64,000 bases of DNA. Source: Ranitomeya imitator. Its lineage: Eukaryota. Under the pieces are notes generated by a model. The model was given only the letters and a program-made list of their open reading frames with translations. It searched no databases and was not told the DNA's origin. Positions 46,159 through 57,936 of the stretch are shown in pieces. The translations under genes were made by a program, and so were the position numbers. Positions within the stretch are counted from its first letter, which is position 1. Each line of letters begins with the position of its first letter. The stretch is taken from NCBI RefSeq assembly GCF_032444005.1, contig NC_091291.1, positions 7,192,001 through 7,256,000 on the forward strand, in the 5' to 3' direction.

Positions 46159-46186
46159 GACCTGGTGTCTTTCTGTCTGCGGGACG
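46159..46186 (+). CDS. TMCO4: TMCO4 coding exon 3 (28 bp)
   Basis: TTTCAG|DLVSFCLRD(G)|GTGAGT; phases fit both neighbours. Confidence 0.88.
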
Positions 46187-46623
46187 GTGAGTTCTGGATG
46201 TTTCTGTCACCTTTTATTCATCTGTGTCCGTACGTTGTCAGTGTTACAGCCGAGGATGTCACCGAGCCGTAATGGTGCGGCCCCCTGAAAACAAGACACC
46301 AGTTGCCCCAGATCAGAGGGAGTTATTTACTGGGTGGTCCGGTCTCTGAAGTGGCTGCAGACTGCAAAGTCACCAGATGGCGACACAAGCCGTCACATGC
46401 CGACTAGACTCCTGCCATTCTCTTACTGGTGAGACTAGTCAGTATGTGAACCACAGACGTGCAGACCGTCTGCTGAGCCCCCGCAATGCACTGGGATAAA
46501 AAACGGAGGGTCCCATCCCAATCCTTCCTACAGTGATGCAGGGTCACCGCACATCAGAGGAAAAGTGCTGGATAAATGCCTGTCCTGTATCTCCGCTTGT
46601 GACACGTCTCTCTGTGTGTACAG

Positions 46624-46756
46624 GGTACTACGACGCCCGCAGCCGGGTCCTAATCTCACACGTGTCCTGGCTGCTGCGCATCCCCCCAGAGACGGTGGAG
46701 CTGAGCGAGGAGACCATGATGCAGAGTCTGAAGAAATACACAGAGGAACCATCAGA
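46624..46756 (+). CDS. TMCO4: TMCO4 coding exon 4
   Basis: (G)YYDARSRVLISHVSWLLRIPPETVELSEETMMQSLKKYTEEPS(E); GTAAG donor. Confidence 0.94.
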
Positions 46757-46789
46757 GTAAGCACTGCTGCATGGAGAAGAGCCGATCAC

Positions 46790-47625
46790 AGGAGGGGGAC
46801 CTAGGGGTCTGGAGGGGGACCAAGGGGTCTGGAGGGTGACCGAGGGGTCTGGAGGGTGACCGAGGGGTCTGGAGGGTGACCGAGGGGTCTGGAGGGGGAC
46901 CGAGAAGTCTGGAGGGTGGCCGAGAGGTCTGGAGGGGGACTGAGGGGTCTGGAGGGGGACCGAGGGGTCTGGAGGGTGACCGAGGGGTCTGGAGGGGGAC
47001 CGAGAGGTCTGGAAAGGGAATGAGGGGTCTGGAGGGGGACCGAGGGGTCTGGAGGGGGACCGAGAGGTCTGGAAAGGGAATGAGGGGTCTGGAGGGGGAC
47101 CGAGGGGTCTGCAGGGGGACCGAGAGGTCTGGAAAGGGAATGAGGGGTCTGGAGGGTGAACGAGGGGACTAAGAGGTCTGGAGGGGGACTGAGGGGTCTG
47201 AAGGGTGGCCGAGAGGTCTGGAAAGGGAATGAGGGGTCTGGAGGGTGGCCGAGAGGTCTGGAAAGGGAATGAGGGGTCTGGAGGGGACCAAGGTGTCTGG
47301 AGGGTGAACGAGAGGTCTGGAAAGGGAATGAGGGGTCTGGAGGGTGGCCGAGGGGTCTGGAGGGTGGCCGAGAGGTTTGGAAAGGGAATGAGGAGTCTGG
47401 AGGGGGACAGAGGGGTCTGGAAGAGCATCGAGGGGTCTGGAGGGTGGCCGAGAGGTCTGGAGGGGGATCGAGGGGTCTGGAGGGGGACTTGGGGACCTGG
47501 AAGGAGACTGAAGGGTCTGGCGAGGGACTGGGTGTCTGGAAGGGGACTGATGAGTCTAGATAGGGACCTAGGGGTCTGGAGGGAGAATGAGGGTCTGGAA
47601 AGGGAATGAGGAGTTTGGGGGGGGA
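46790..47625. repeat. 20-bp G-rich minisatellite
   Basis: GAGGGGTCTGGAGGG(G/T)GACC and GAGAGGTCTGGAAAGGGAAT variants. Confidence 0.93.
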
Positions 47626-48552
47626 GTGAGGGGTAGATCATAGGTTATCAGTCATTGTACAGGAGGGGGAGGTGAGCTGTGACATAACCTATTGTGAGTG
47701 GTAGAACATGGGTTACCAGCGGTGTATGGAGGTCTTATAAGTCATTGTAATTCTGCCTCTGATGATAATGAGGCTGCTGAAAAAAAAATCAGAATGATGG
47801 AAAGCATGAATCTAACACAGCCCAGGTGTGAAATTACTATTATAGGACTGGTGCACATGGCCGAGCGTCGCACTGCTCTGTTATGGTGGACATCCCCTTT
47901 AAACTTAGCTTATATCAAACCTAACCGGCCCTTTCACCCCTTCATTGTCCACAGAGTGCAGGTACCGTGCGTGCTGTACAGCCAGCTCCTGCCTCTATCC
48001 TCAGTGATTGGAGCCGCTCCGACCACTGCTGGTTAACTACTTACATGCCAGCCGTAATTATCTCACTCCATCTGTGACAGTCCGACCTGTGAAAACATCA
48101 AATGATTGAACCCATATGGTGGGAAACTAAATCAGTGCAAAAGCGATAATGGGATGCGTCCGTAAGGGGTTGGGCAGATTCTCGGAGATTCCCGAGGTGC
48201 AGCCTCTGCCTGTGTGTGCAGGAAAACGTCCCTGTGTCTGCCGTCAGGAGCTGGAAGTATTGATCGGAATGATTAATTATGTGACGGCCGGCGAGACAGC
48301 GAGATAAATCACAGGAATATAGTATAGACATTACTACCTGCCACCCCGATAATGAGGGCGACGTACAGAACACCGACACTGCTACATGTGATCAACACTG
48401 CTCCACTGTATGTGCAATAACCTTCTCTTTACCCACTGTGCCGCCAAACCAGGAGCCGCCACCAAGGTACGTACTGACCGCACGCCATCTGTCTCCTGTG
48501 TGTCCATGAGCAGCACAGTCAGCTGCAAAGATTCCGCTACCCTATTCACATC

Positions 48553-50117
48553 CATAGGGGGCAGTATTATAGCAGTTATATTCTTGTACATAGGGGCAGT
48601 ATTATAGTAGTTATATTCTTGTACATAGGGGCAGTATTATAGTAGTTATATTCTTGTACATAGGGGCAGTATTATAGTAGTTATATTCTTGTACATAGGA
48701 GCAGTATTATAGTAGTTATATTCTTGTACATAGGAGCAGTATTATAGTAGTTATATTCTTGTACATAGGAGCAGTATTATAGTAGTTATATTCTTGTACA
48801 TAGGGGCAGTATTATAGTAGTTATATTCTTGTACATAGGAGCAGTATTATAGTAGTTATATTCTTGTACATAGGGGCAGTATTATAGTAGTTATATTCTT
48901 GTATATAGGGGCAGTATTATAGTAGTTATATTCTTGTACATAGGGGCAGTATTATAGTAGTTATATTCTTGTATATAGGGGCAGTATTATAGTAGTTATA
49001 TTCTTGTACATAGGAGCAGTATTATAGTAGTTATATTCTTGTACATAGGAGCAGTATTATAGTAGTTATATTCTTGTACATAGGGGCAGTATTATAGTAG
49101 TTATATTCTTGTACATAGGGGGCAGTATTATAGTAGTTATATTCTTGTACATAGGGGGCAGTATTATATTATATTCTTGTACATAGGAGCAGTATTATAG
49201 TAGTTATATTCTTGTACATAGGAGCAGTATTATAGCAGTTATATTCTTGTACATAGGGGCAGTATTATAGTAGTTATATTCTTGTACATAGGAGCAGTAT
49301 TATAGTAGTTATATTCTTGTACATAGGGGCAGTATTATAGTAGTTATATTCTTGTACATAGGAGCAGTATTATAGTAGTTATATTCTTGTACATAGGGGC
49401 AGTATTATAGTAGTTATATTCTTGTATATAGGGGCAGTATTATAGTAGTTATATTCTTGTACATAGGGGCAGTATTATAGTAGTTATATTCTTGTATATA
49501 GGGGCAGTATTATAGTAGTTATATTCTTGTACATAGGAGCAGTATTATAGTAGTTATATTCTTGTACATAGAAGGCAGTATTATAGTAATTATATTCTTG
49601 TACATTGGGGCAGTATTATAGTAGTTATATTCTTGTACATAGGAGCAGTATTATAGTAGTTATATTCTTGTACATAGGGGCAGTATTATAGTAGTTATAT
49701 TCTTGTACATAGGGGGCAGTATTATAGTAGTTATATTCTTGTACATAGGGGGCAGTATTATATTAGTTATATTCTTGTACATAGGAGCAGTATTATAGTA
49801 GTTATATTCTTGTACATAGGGGCAGTATTATAGTAGTTATATTCTTGTACATAGGGGGCAGTATTATATTAGTTATATTCTTGTACATAGGGGCAGTATT
49901 ATAGTAGTTATATTCTTGTACATAGGGGGCAGTATTATAGTAGTTATATTCTTGTACATAGGGGGCAGTATTATATTAGTTATATTCTTGTACATAGGAG
50001 CAGTATTATAGTAGTTATATTCTTGTACATAGGGGCAGTATTATAGTAGTTCTTGTACATAGGGGCAGTATTATAGTAGTTATATTCTTGTACATAGGGG
50101 GCAATATTATAGTAGTT
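48553..50117. repeat. 35-bp AT-rich tandem array, about 45 copies
   Basis: Unit GTACATAGGGGCAGTATTATAGTAGTTATATTCTT. Confidence 0.98.
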
Positions 50118-50601
50118 CGCTCCCCGTTGTCTTTTCTGTAGCGTTTCTTTCCCTTATTACACGGCAGCCGGTTTTCTCTGTATAATATTGGGTTTTGTCC
50201 CCGCTCCCCCATTAATCCTTCTCTTGCCCCCGCACATTAGTGTCTCATTTCTCGCCTCCTGATGGCGTTGCTCTCGCTGATCCCCGTCCTCCTCTTGTGC
50301 TGCTCCTCGGCTCCTGGCTGCGATTCTCTATAGATTGCTGCCTGTAATTATTTTGCTTGTTTTCTCCGCTCTTCTCGCCGGCTTCGTTTGCTTGTACACC
50401 GGAGCGGAGCTGATCGTGTATGGCAGGGACGCCCCCGGCATATTAGCAGCCATTATTAGTCGCCCGCATGACTCCGAGCGCCGGTGTTTACCCTGGTCCT
50501 GTGCCAGCTTCACCTGTGGAGCTCGGCACTCCGGCAGGGCACTGGTTAATCTGCCAATATGGCCGACACTTCGGCAGATTCATATCTGTGTTATATTTCA
50601 G

Positions 50602-50699
50602 GTCGGAGCAGGCGTCTCGTAAGAAGAAGGAAAGTCGTAAGAAGATGAAGCGATATCTGCTGATCGGCCTGGCCACCGTGGGCGGGGGGACGGTGATAG
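50602..50699 (+). CDS. TMCO4: TMCO4 coding exon 5
   Basis: SEQASRKKKESRKKMKRYLLIGLATVGGGTVI(G). Confidence 0.95.
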
Positions 50700-50781
50700 G
50701 TGAGGGTCTTCGTCCTCCGTCATCACGTGGCCCGGGGACCTCCCATAACTCTCCTACCTGTGCTGCTGCTTCTTACGACAG

Positions 50782-50925
50782 GTCTGACTGGAGGACTGGC
50801 AGCTCCACTGGTGGCCGCGGGGGCCGCCACAATCATTGGCAGCGCGGGGGCTGCTGTTCTGGGGTCCACCGCTGGCATCGCCATCATGGCGTCTCTCTTC
50901 GGAGCAGCAGGGGCCGGACTGACAG
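50782..50925 (+). CDS. TMCO4: TMCO4 coding exon 6
   Basis: (G)LTGGLAAPLVAAGAATIIGSAGAAVLGSTAGIAIMASLFGAAGAGLT(G). Confidence 0.96.
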
Positions 50926-50999
50926 GTTAGTGGTCGGGATCATGGCGACCGCCAGTCACATCTCATCTGATCTCACACGACGGCGTCCTCCTTACTTAG

Positions 51000-51119
51000 G
51001 GTACAAGATGAAGAAACGTGTGGGAGCCATAGAGGAGTTCGAGTTTCTGCCTCTGACCGGTGGCTGTCAGCTCCACATATGCATCGCCATCACCGGGTGG
51101 CTGTCCACTGGAAAATACG
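51000..51119 (+). CDS. TMCO4: TMCO4 coding exon 7
   Basis: (G)YKMKKRVGAIEEFEFLPLTGGCQLHICIAITGWLSTGKY. Confidence 0.96.
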
Positions 51120-51192
51120 GTGAGTGCTGCCATTCCTTGTGCCGCTGCCGCGTGAGACGGCTCCTTGTACAATGGCTTCATCTCATCTGCAG

Positions 51193-51357
51193 GAAGCTTC
51201 GCCGCCCCGTGGCAGAGTCTGCTGCACTCCACCGAGCAGTACTGCCTGGCCTGGGAGTCCAAGTACCTGATGGAGCTGGGAAACGCGCTGGATACACTAC
51301 TGAACGGCCTGGTGAATATCGTGGCACAGGAAGCCCTGAAATACACCATCTTGTCAG
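51193..51357 (+). CDS. TMCO4: TMCO4 coding exon 8
   Basis: SFAAPWQSLLHSTEQYCLAWESKYLMELGNALDTLLNGLVNIVAQEALKYTILS(G). Confidence 0.96.
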
Positions 51358-51368
51358 GTAGGACTGCA

Positions 51369-52457
51369 ACATTACTGATCCTGAGCTACCTCCTGTATTA
51401 TACTCCAGAGCTGCACTCACTATTCTGCTGGTGCAGTCACTGAGTACATACGTTACATTACTGATCCTGAGTTACCTCCTGTATTATACTCCAGAGCTGC
51501 ACTCACTATTCTGCTGGTGCAGTCACTGTGTACATACATTACATTACTGATCCTGAGTTACCTCCTGTATTATACTCCAGAGCTGCACTCACTATTCTGC
51601 TGGTGCAGTCACTGTGTACATACATTACATTACTGATCCTGAGTTACATCCTGTATTATACCCCAGAGCTGCACTCACTATTCTGCTGGTGCAGTCACTG
51701 TGTACATACATTACATTACTGATCCTGAGTTACCTCCTGTATTATACTCCAGAGCTGCACTCACTATTCTGCTGGTGCAGTCACTGTGTACATACATTAC
51801 ATTACTGATCCTGAGTTACCTCCTGTATTATACTCCAGAGCTGCACTCACTATTCTGCTGGTGCAGTCACTGTGTACATACATTACATTACTGATCCTGA
51901 GTTACCTCCTGTATTATACTCCAGAGCTGCACTCACTATTCTGCTGGTGCAGTCACTGTGTACATACATTACATTACTGATCCTGAGTTACATCCTGTAT
52001 TATACTCCAGAGCTGCACTCACTATTCTGCTGGTGCAGTCACTGTGTACATACATTACATTACTGATCCTGAGTTACATCCTGTATTATACCCCAGAGCT
52101 GCACTCACTATTCTGCTGGTGCAGTCACTGTTTACATACATTACATTACTGATCCTGAGTTACCTCCTGTATTATACTCCAGAGCTGCACTCACTATTCT
52201 GCTGGTGCAGTCACTGTGTACATACATTACATTACTGATCCTGAGTTACATCCTGTATTATACTCCAGAGCTGCACTCACTATTCTGCTGGTGCAGTCAC
52301 TGTGTACATACATTACATTACTGATCCTGAGTTACATCCTGTATTATACCCCAGAGCTGCACTCACTATTCTGCTGGTGCAGTCACTGTGTACATACATT
52401 ACATTACTGATCCTGAGTTACCTCCTGTATTATACCCCAGAGCTGCACTCACTGTTC
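51369..52457. repeat. 86-bp tandem array, about 13 copies; reverse complement of the 31746-33797 family
   Basis: Unit ...ATTACTGATCCTGAGTTACCTCCTGTATTATACTCCAGAGCTGCACTCACTATTCTGCTGGTGCAGTCACTGT... Confidence 0.97.
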
Positions 52458-52474
52458 CCCTTTGTTGTCTTCAG

Positions 52475-52611
52475 GCATTGTGGCTGCCCTGACGTGGCCG
52501 GCCTCCCTCATCACCGTGGCCAGTGTGATTGATAACCCGTGGGGTGTGTGTCTGAGTCGCTCGGCTGAAGTGGGGAAGCATCTGGCACATATTCTGCTCA
52601 AGAGACAGCAG
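52475..52611 (+). CDS. TMCO4: TMCO4 coding exon 9
   Basis: (G)IVAALTWPASLITVASVIDNPWGVCLSRSAEVGKHLAHILLKRQQ. Confidence 0.96.
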
Positions 52612-53249
52612 GTAATGAGGGAGAGTCGTGTTTCGGGGGTGAGCGCAGTCGGGCACATGCGTTGTGATGGAGGATGAGGGGACTGCGCCGCTCTCTGTTT
52701 TCTTTCCTGCACTTGGTCTTACACATTCCGTATTAATTATCTTGCAATCTGTGTTTTCTGTCTCTTTTTGTGCTGCGCTCTCATGTGAGACACATGGAGA
52801 TGGTGAGATGTTAGAGTGCGGCAGAGAGAGAGGGAGTGAGCGCCGTCTGTAGCCGATCTCTTCCCCAGTGCCCGGCGCTCAGCTGAGGGTGACTGCTCTC
52901 AATGGGGAGAGTGTAATATTCCACTGCGGAGCAGCTCTTTCCGTCTACGGACCCCTATGGCCTCCCGACCCCTCTGGTCTCCTCTGGACCCCTCCTTTCT
53001 TCTCCCGACCCCTTTGTCTTGTTCCGGACCCCTCCGTCCTTCTTTCGGACCCCTCTAGCCTCTTCCGGACCCTTGTGTTTTCCAGGCCCACTCCTTTGTT
53101 TCCCCTCTTAACTTATCTCTCTTCTTCTGGACTCCATTGTCTTCTTCCTGACCCCTGTCTACTTTATGTCCCCTCTGTCTGTCCACCTTCGGACCCCTTT
53201 GTACATTCATTTCCTTCCCTCCACCTTTCCTCCGTCTCTTTAAGTCTGC

Positions 53250-55141
53250 TCTCTCGCTCTCTTTCTTGCCTGTCTCTTCCTTGTCTCGTATTACACCCTC
53301 TCTCTTTCCCTCGCTCTCTATCTTGCCTGTCTCTTCCTTGTCTTGTATTACACCCTCTCTCTTTCCCTCGCTCTCTATCTTGCCTGTCTCTTCCTTGTCT
53401 CGTATTACACCCTCTCTCTTTCCCTCGCTCTCTGTCTTGTCTGTCTCTTCCTTGTCTCGTATTACACCCTCTCTCTTTCCCTCGCTCTCTTTCTTGTCTG
53501 TCTCTTCCTTGTCTCGTATTACACCCTCTCTCTTTCCCTCGCTCTTTCTTGTCTGACTCTTCCTTGTCTCGTATTACACCCTCTCTCTTTCCCTCGCTCT
53601 CTATCTTGCCTTTCTCTTCCTTGTCTCGTATTACACCCTCTCTCTTTCCCTCGCTCTCTGTCTTGTCTGTCTCTTCCTTGTCTTGTATTACACCCTCTCT
53701 CTTTCCCTCGCTCTCTATCTTGTATTTCTTGCCTGTCTCTTCCTTGTCTCGTATTACACCCTCTCTCTTTCCCTCGCTCTCTGTCTTGTCTGTCTCTTCC
53801 TTGTCTCGTATTACACCCTCTCTCTTTCCCTCGCTCTCTGTCTTGTCTGTCTCTTCCTTGTCTTGTATTACACCCTCTCTCTTTCCCTCGCTCTCTATCT
53901 TGTATTTCTTGTCTGTCTTTTCCTTGTCTCGTATTACACCCTCTCTCTTTTTCCCTCGCTCTCTGTCTTGTCTGTCTCTTCCTTGTCTCGTATTACACCC
54001 TCTCTCTTTCCCTCGCTCTCTGTCTTGTCTGTCTCTTCCTTGTCTTGTATTACACCCTCTCTCTTTCCCTCGCTCTCTTTCTTGTCTGTCTCTTCCTTGT
54101 CTCGTATTACACCCTCTCTTTTTCTCTCGCTCTCTTTCTTGTCTGTCTCTTCCTTGTCTTGTATTACACCCTCTCTCTTTCCCTCGCTCTCTATCTTGTG
54201 TCTGTCTCTTCCTTGTCTCGTATTACACCCTCTCTCTTTCCCTCGCTCTCTTTCTTGTCTGTCTCTACCTTGTCTCGTATTACACCCTCTCTCTTTCCCT
54301 CGCTCTCTGTCTTGTCTGTCTCTTCCTTGTCTCGTATTACACCCTCTCTCTTTCCCTCGCTCTCTTTCTTGTCTGTCTCTTCCTTGTCTCGTATTACACC
54401 CTCTCTCTTTTTCCCTCGCTCTCTGTCTTGTCTGACTCTTTCTGTCTTTTCCTTGTATTACAGCCCTCACGCTCGCTCGCTCTCTATCTTGCCTGTCTCT
54501 TCCTTGTCTCGTATTACACCCTCTCTCTTTCCCTCGCTCTCTGTCTTGTCTGTCTCTTCCTTGTCTCGTATTACACCCTCTCTCTTTCCCTCGCTCTCTT
54601 TCTTGTCTGTCTCTTCCTTGTCTCGTATTACACCCTCTCTTTTTCTCTCGCTCTCTTTCTTGTCTGTCTCTTCCTTGTCTTGTATTACACCCTCTCTCTT
54701 TCCCTCGCTCTCTATCTTGTGTCTGTCTCTTCCTTGTCTCGTATTACACCCTCTCTCTTTCCCTCGCTCTCTGTCTTGTCTGTCTCTTCCTTGTCTCGTA
54801 TTACACCCTCTCTCTTTCCCTCGCTCTCTTTCTTGTCTGTCTCTTCCTTGTCTCGTATTACACCCTCTCTCTTTTTCCCTCGCTCTCTGTCTTGTCTGAC
54901 TCTTTCTGTCTTTTCCTTGTATTACAGCCCTCACGCTCGCTCGCTCTCTATCTTGCCTGTCTCTTCCTTGTCTCGTATTACACCCTCTCTCTTTCCCTCG
55001 CTCTCTGTCTTGCCTGTCTCTTCCTTGTCTCGTATTACACCCTCTCTTTTTCCCTCGCTCTCTTTCTTGTCTGTCTCTTGCTGTCTTTTCCTTGTATTAC
55101 ACCCCTCGCTCTCTCTCTCGCTCTCTATCTTGTGTCTGTCT
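53250..55141. repeat. 57-bp pyrimidine-rich tandem array, about 33 copies
   Basis: Unit TCTCTTCCTTGTCTCGTATTACACCCTCTCTCTTTCCCTCGCTCTCT(A/G/T)TCTTG(C/T)CTG. Confidence 0.96.
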
Positions 55142-55499
55142 ATCACTGTCTCAGTTGCTGCGGTCTCGGTGTGTGGATGTCTCGGTGTTCTTCGCCCTCC
55201 CCGGTTCTGCCGGCTCCGCGCACACTGTAGCTCTCTCTGTTACGTGTGGGACGGCATGATGAATCACTGCATGTATGAGGGGGTCTCACACCTGCGGGCG
55301 GGGGCCGCTACTCCAGCGTCGTGCACGCGTGTGATTCCATTTGTTGACAGCGCTCTCGTTAGTGACCATCTGTCCTTGGAGCGAAAATCTCATCATTGCT
55401 GCGCTGAGTGCGGATTAAGCCCGACCACTTCATTACAGGCGCAGCGGCAGCGCAGCACATCTCTGCTATTCTCTGTGAAGACACTTAGTCAGGCACAGC

Positions 55500-56855
55500 T
55501 CTGTGGGGGGCAGCGAGACCACCAGTGGGTGTGATAGGTCATGGGGGGCACCTCTGAGGTGTGGGGGCAGCGAGACCACCAGTGGGTGTGATAGGATATG
55601 GGGGGCACCTCTGAGGTATGGGGGGCAGTGGGGCCACCAGCAGGTGTGATAGGATATGGGGGGGCACCTCTGAGATGTAGGGGGCAGCGGGACCACCAGT
55701 GGGTGTGATAGGATAGGGGGGGCACCTCTTAGATGTGGGGGGCAGTGAGACCACCAGTGGGTGTGATAGGATACGGGGGGCACCTCTGAGGTATGGGGGG
55801 CAGTGGGGCCACCAGCAGGTGTGATAGGATATGGGGGGCACCTCTGAGGTGTGGGGGGCAGCGGGACCACCAGTGGGTGTGATAGGATATTGGGGGGGCA
55901 CCTCTGAGATGTAGGGGGCAGCGGGACCACCAGTGGGTGTGATAGGATAGGGGGGGCACCTCTTAGATGTGGGGGGCAGTGAGACCACCAGTGGGTGTGA
56001 TAGGATACGGGGGGGCACCTCTGAGGTGTGGGGGGCAGTGAGACCACCAGTGGGTGTGATAGGATACGGGGGGGCACCTCTGAGGTGTGGGGGGCAGCGA
56101 GGCCACCAGCAGGTGTGATAGGATACGGGGGGCATCTCTGAGGTGTGGGGGGCAGCGAGGCCACCAGCAGGTGTGATAGGATATGGGGGGCATCTCTGAG
56201 GTGTGGGGGGCATCGAGACCACCAGTGGGTGTGATAGGATATGGGGGGCACCTCTGAGGTATGGGGGGCAGTGGGGCCACCAGCAGGTGTGATAGGATAT
56301 GGGGGGGCACCTCTGAGATGTAGGGGGCAGCGGGACCACCAGTGGGTGTGATAGGATAGGGGGGGCACCTCTTAGATGTGGGGGGCAGTGAGACCACCAG
56401 TGGGTGTGATAGGATACGGGGGGCACCTCTGAGGTATGGGGGGCAGTGGGGCCACCAGCAGGTGTGATAGGATATGGGGGGCACCTCTGAGGTGTGGGGG
56501 GCAGCGGGACCACCAGTGGGTGTGATAGGATATTGGGGGGGCACCTCTGAGATGTAGGGGGCAGCGGGACCACCAGTGGGTGTGATAGAATAGGGGGGGC
56601 ACCTCTTAGATGTGGGGGGCAGTGAGACCACCAGTGGGTGTGATAGGATACGGGGGGGCACCTCTGAGGTGTGGGGGGCAGTGAGACCACCAGTGGGTGT
56701 GATAGGATACGGGGGGGCACCTCTGAGGTGTGGGGGGGCAGCGAGACCACCAGTGGGTGTGATAGGATAGGGGGGGCATCTCTGAGGTGTGGGGGGGCAG
56801 CGAGACCACCAGTGGGTGTGATAGGATAGGGGGGGCACCTCTGGGGTGTTGGGGG
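55500..56855. repeat. About 59-bp G-run tandem array, about 23 copies
   Basis: Unit GGGGGGCAGCGAGACCACCAGTGGGTGTGATAGGATATGGGGGGCACCTCTGAGGTGT with variable G runs. Confidence 0.96.
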
Positions 56856-57336
56856 CACATTAATCATTCACATTGATACTTAGTCCCCCCTTTCCACCCC
56901 CTCGCTTACGTCATGTCCCACTCTTCCCTCTGTGTCACCATTTTTCAGATCTCTGCCAGCTGTCAGTGAATAGAAATACAAACATATCCTTCCGTGATAC
57001 TTCTCGCAGCTGAGATTTGGTTACAAATGTGGCAGATCTAGAGTTTTCGGTCTTGTTTTCAGGCTGTTACATTGTAACGAGAGATTTGTGAGGTGTCTCT
57101 TGTTTTGCTCACAGACGATTGTAACAAATCTTCAGCTGTGTGAAGTAAAAATGGGTTCTTAAAGGGGTGCTTTATAGAGGCTATGGTCTGAGCTACGGTG
57201 GTCCAGCCACGGCATCTGTCAGACCCCCATTGATCTGGTATCATGACTTAGGCCTGGACAACTCCTTGGGGTCTTTGTAGATGTGAATGATGGGTGTAGT
57301 TGTCCCGCACGGTACAGGACTGTGTTCTTCTTGCAG

Positions 57337-57421
57337 GGACGGCGGCCGGTCACACTCATCGGCTTCAGCCTGGGGGCTCGTGTCATTTACTTCTGTCTGC
57401 AGGAGCTGGCGCAGGAGGCAG
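57337..57421 (+). CDS. TMCO4: TMCO4 coding exon 10 (GxSxG hydrolase motif)
   Basis: GRRPVTLIGFSLGARVIYFCLQELAQEA. GFSLG is the nucleophile-elbow motif of the DUF726 alpha/beta-hydrolase-like domain. Confidence 0.96.
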
Positions 57422-57563
57422 GTAAACGCCGCCATCATCCGGGGCCTATGGTGGCATCACCGGACTGGGAGAGCCTGGTGACAACCAGTATGACCCATGG
57501 TCACCCAGCTCTCCCAGTATATACAAGGTGATGACTTAAAGCTGGATTATGTCCTCCTGGCAG

Positions 57564-57681
57564 GAGCAGAGGGGATCATCGAGGACGTGGTGCTGCTAGG
57601 AGCCCCCGTAGAAGGCGACGTGAAGAAATGGCAGCCACTGACACGCGTCGTAGCCGGCCGCATCATCAATGGTTACTGCAG
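57564..57681 (+). CDS. TMCO4: TMCO4 coding exon 11 (remaining exons beyond the window)
   Basis: AEGIIEDVVLLGAPVEGDVKKWQPLTRVVAGRIINGYC(R). Confidence 0.95.
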
Positions 57682-57936
57682 GTGACCCCGTGATATCCCC
57701 CCTCAGCCGCAGCCTATAGATACATATATACATGTGTGGTCTGTGTTCCTCCCCATCTGAATCATTTCAGCTTTGCAGAAGAATGAATAATAATTACCCT
57801 GATAATAGAAACACAGGAATAGATGTGAGAGCAAAGAATACGAGATCGTCATAGCGTCTTGCGCTGAAAGCAATATTGACTGCTGGGAGTGATAGTCCGT
57901 TACATCTGCAATCACATATAGTGTCTATGTGGGGCT

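Noticed and set aside
50260-50520. Signal-peptide-like or hydrophobic short ORFs (MALLSLIPVLLLCC..., LLPVIILLVFSALL...)
   Set aside because: The first stops after 23 codons, neither fits TMCO4 phases or homology, and both are explained by pyrimidine-rich intronic composition.
52868-56867. 888-aa, 518-aa and 442-aa ORFs in the TMCO4 intron
   Set aside because: They come from the 57-bp pyrimidine and 59-bp G-rich arrays, whose units lack stops in those frames.
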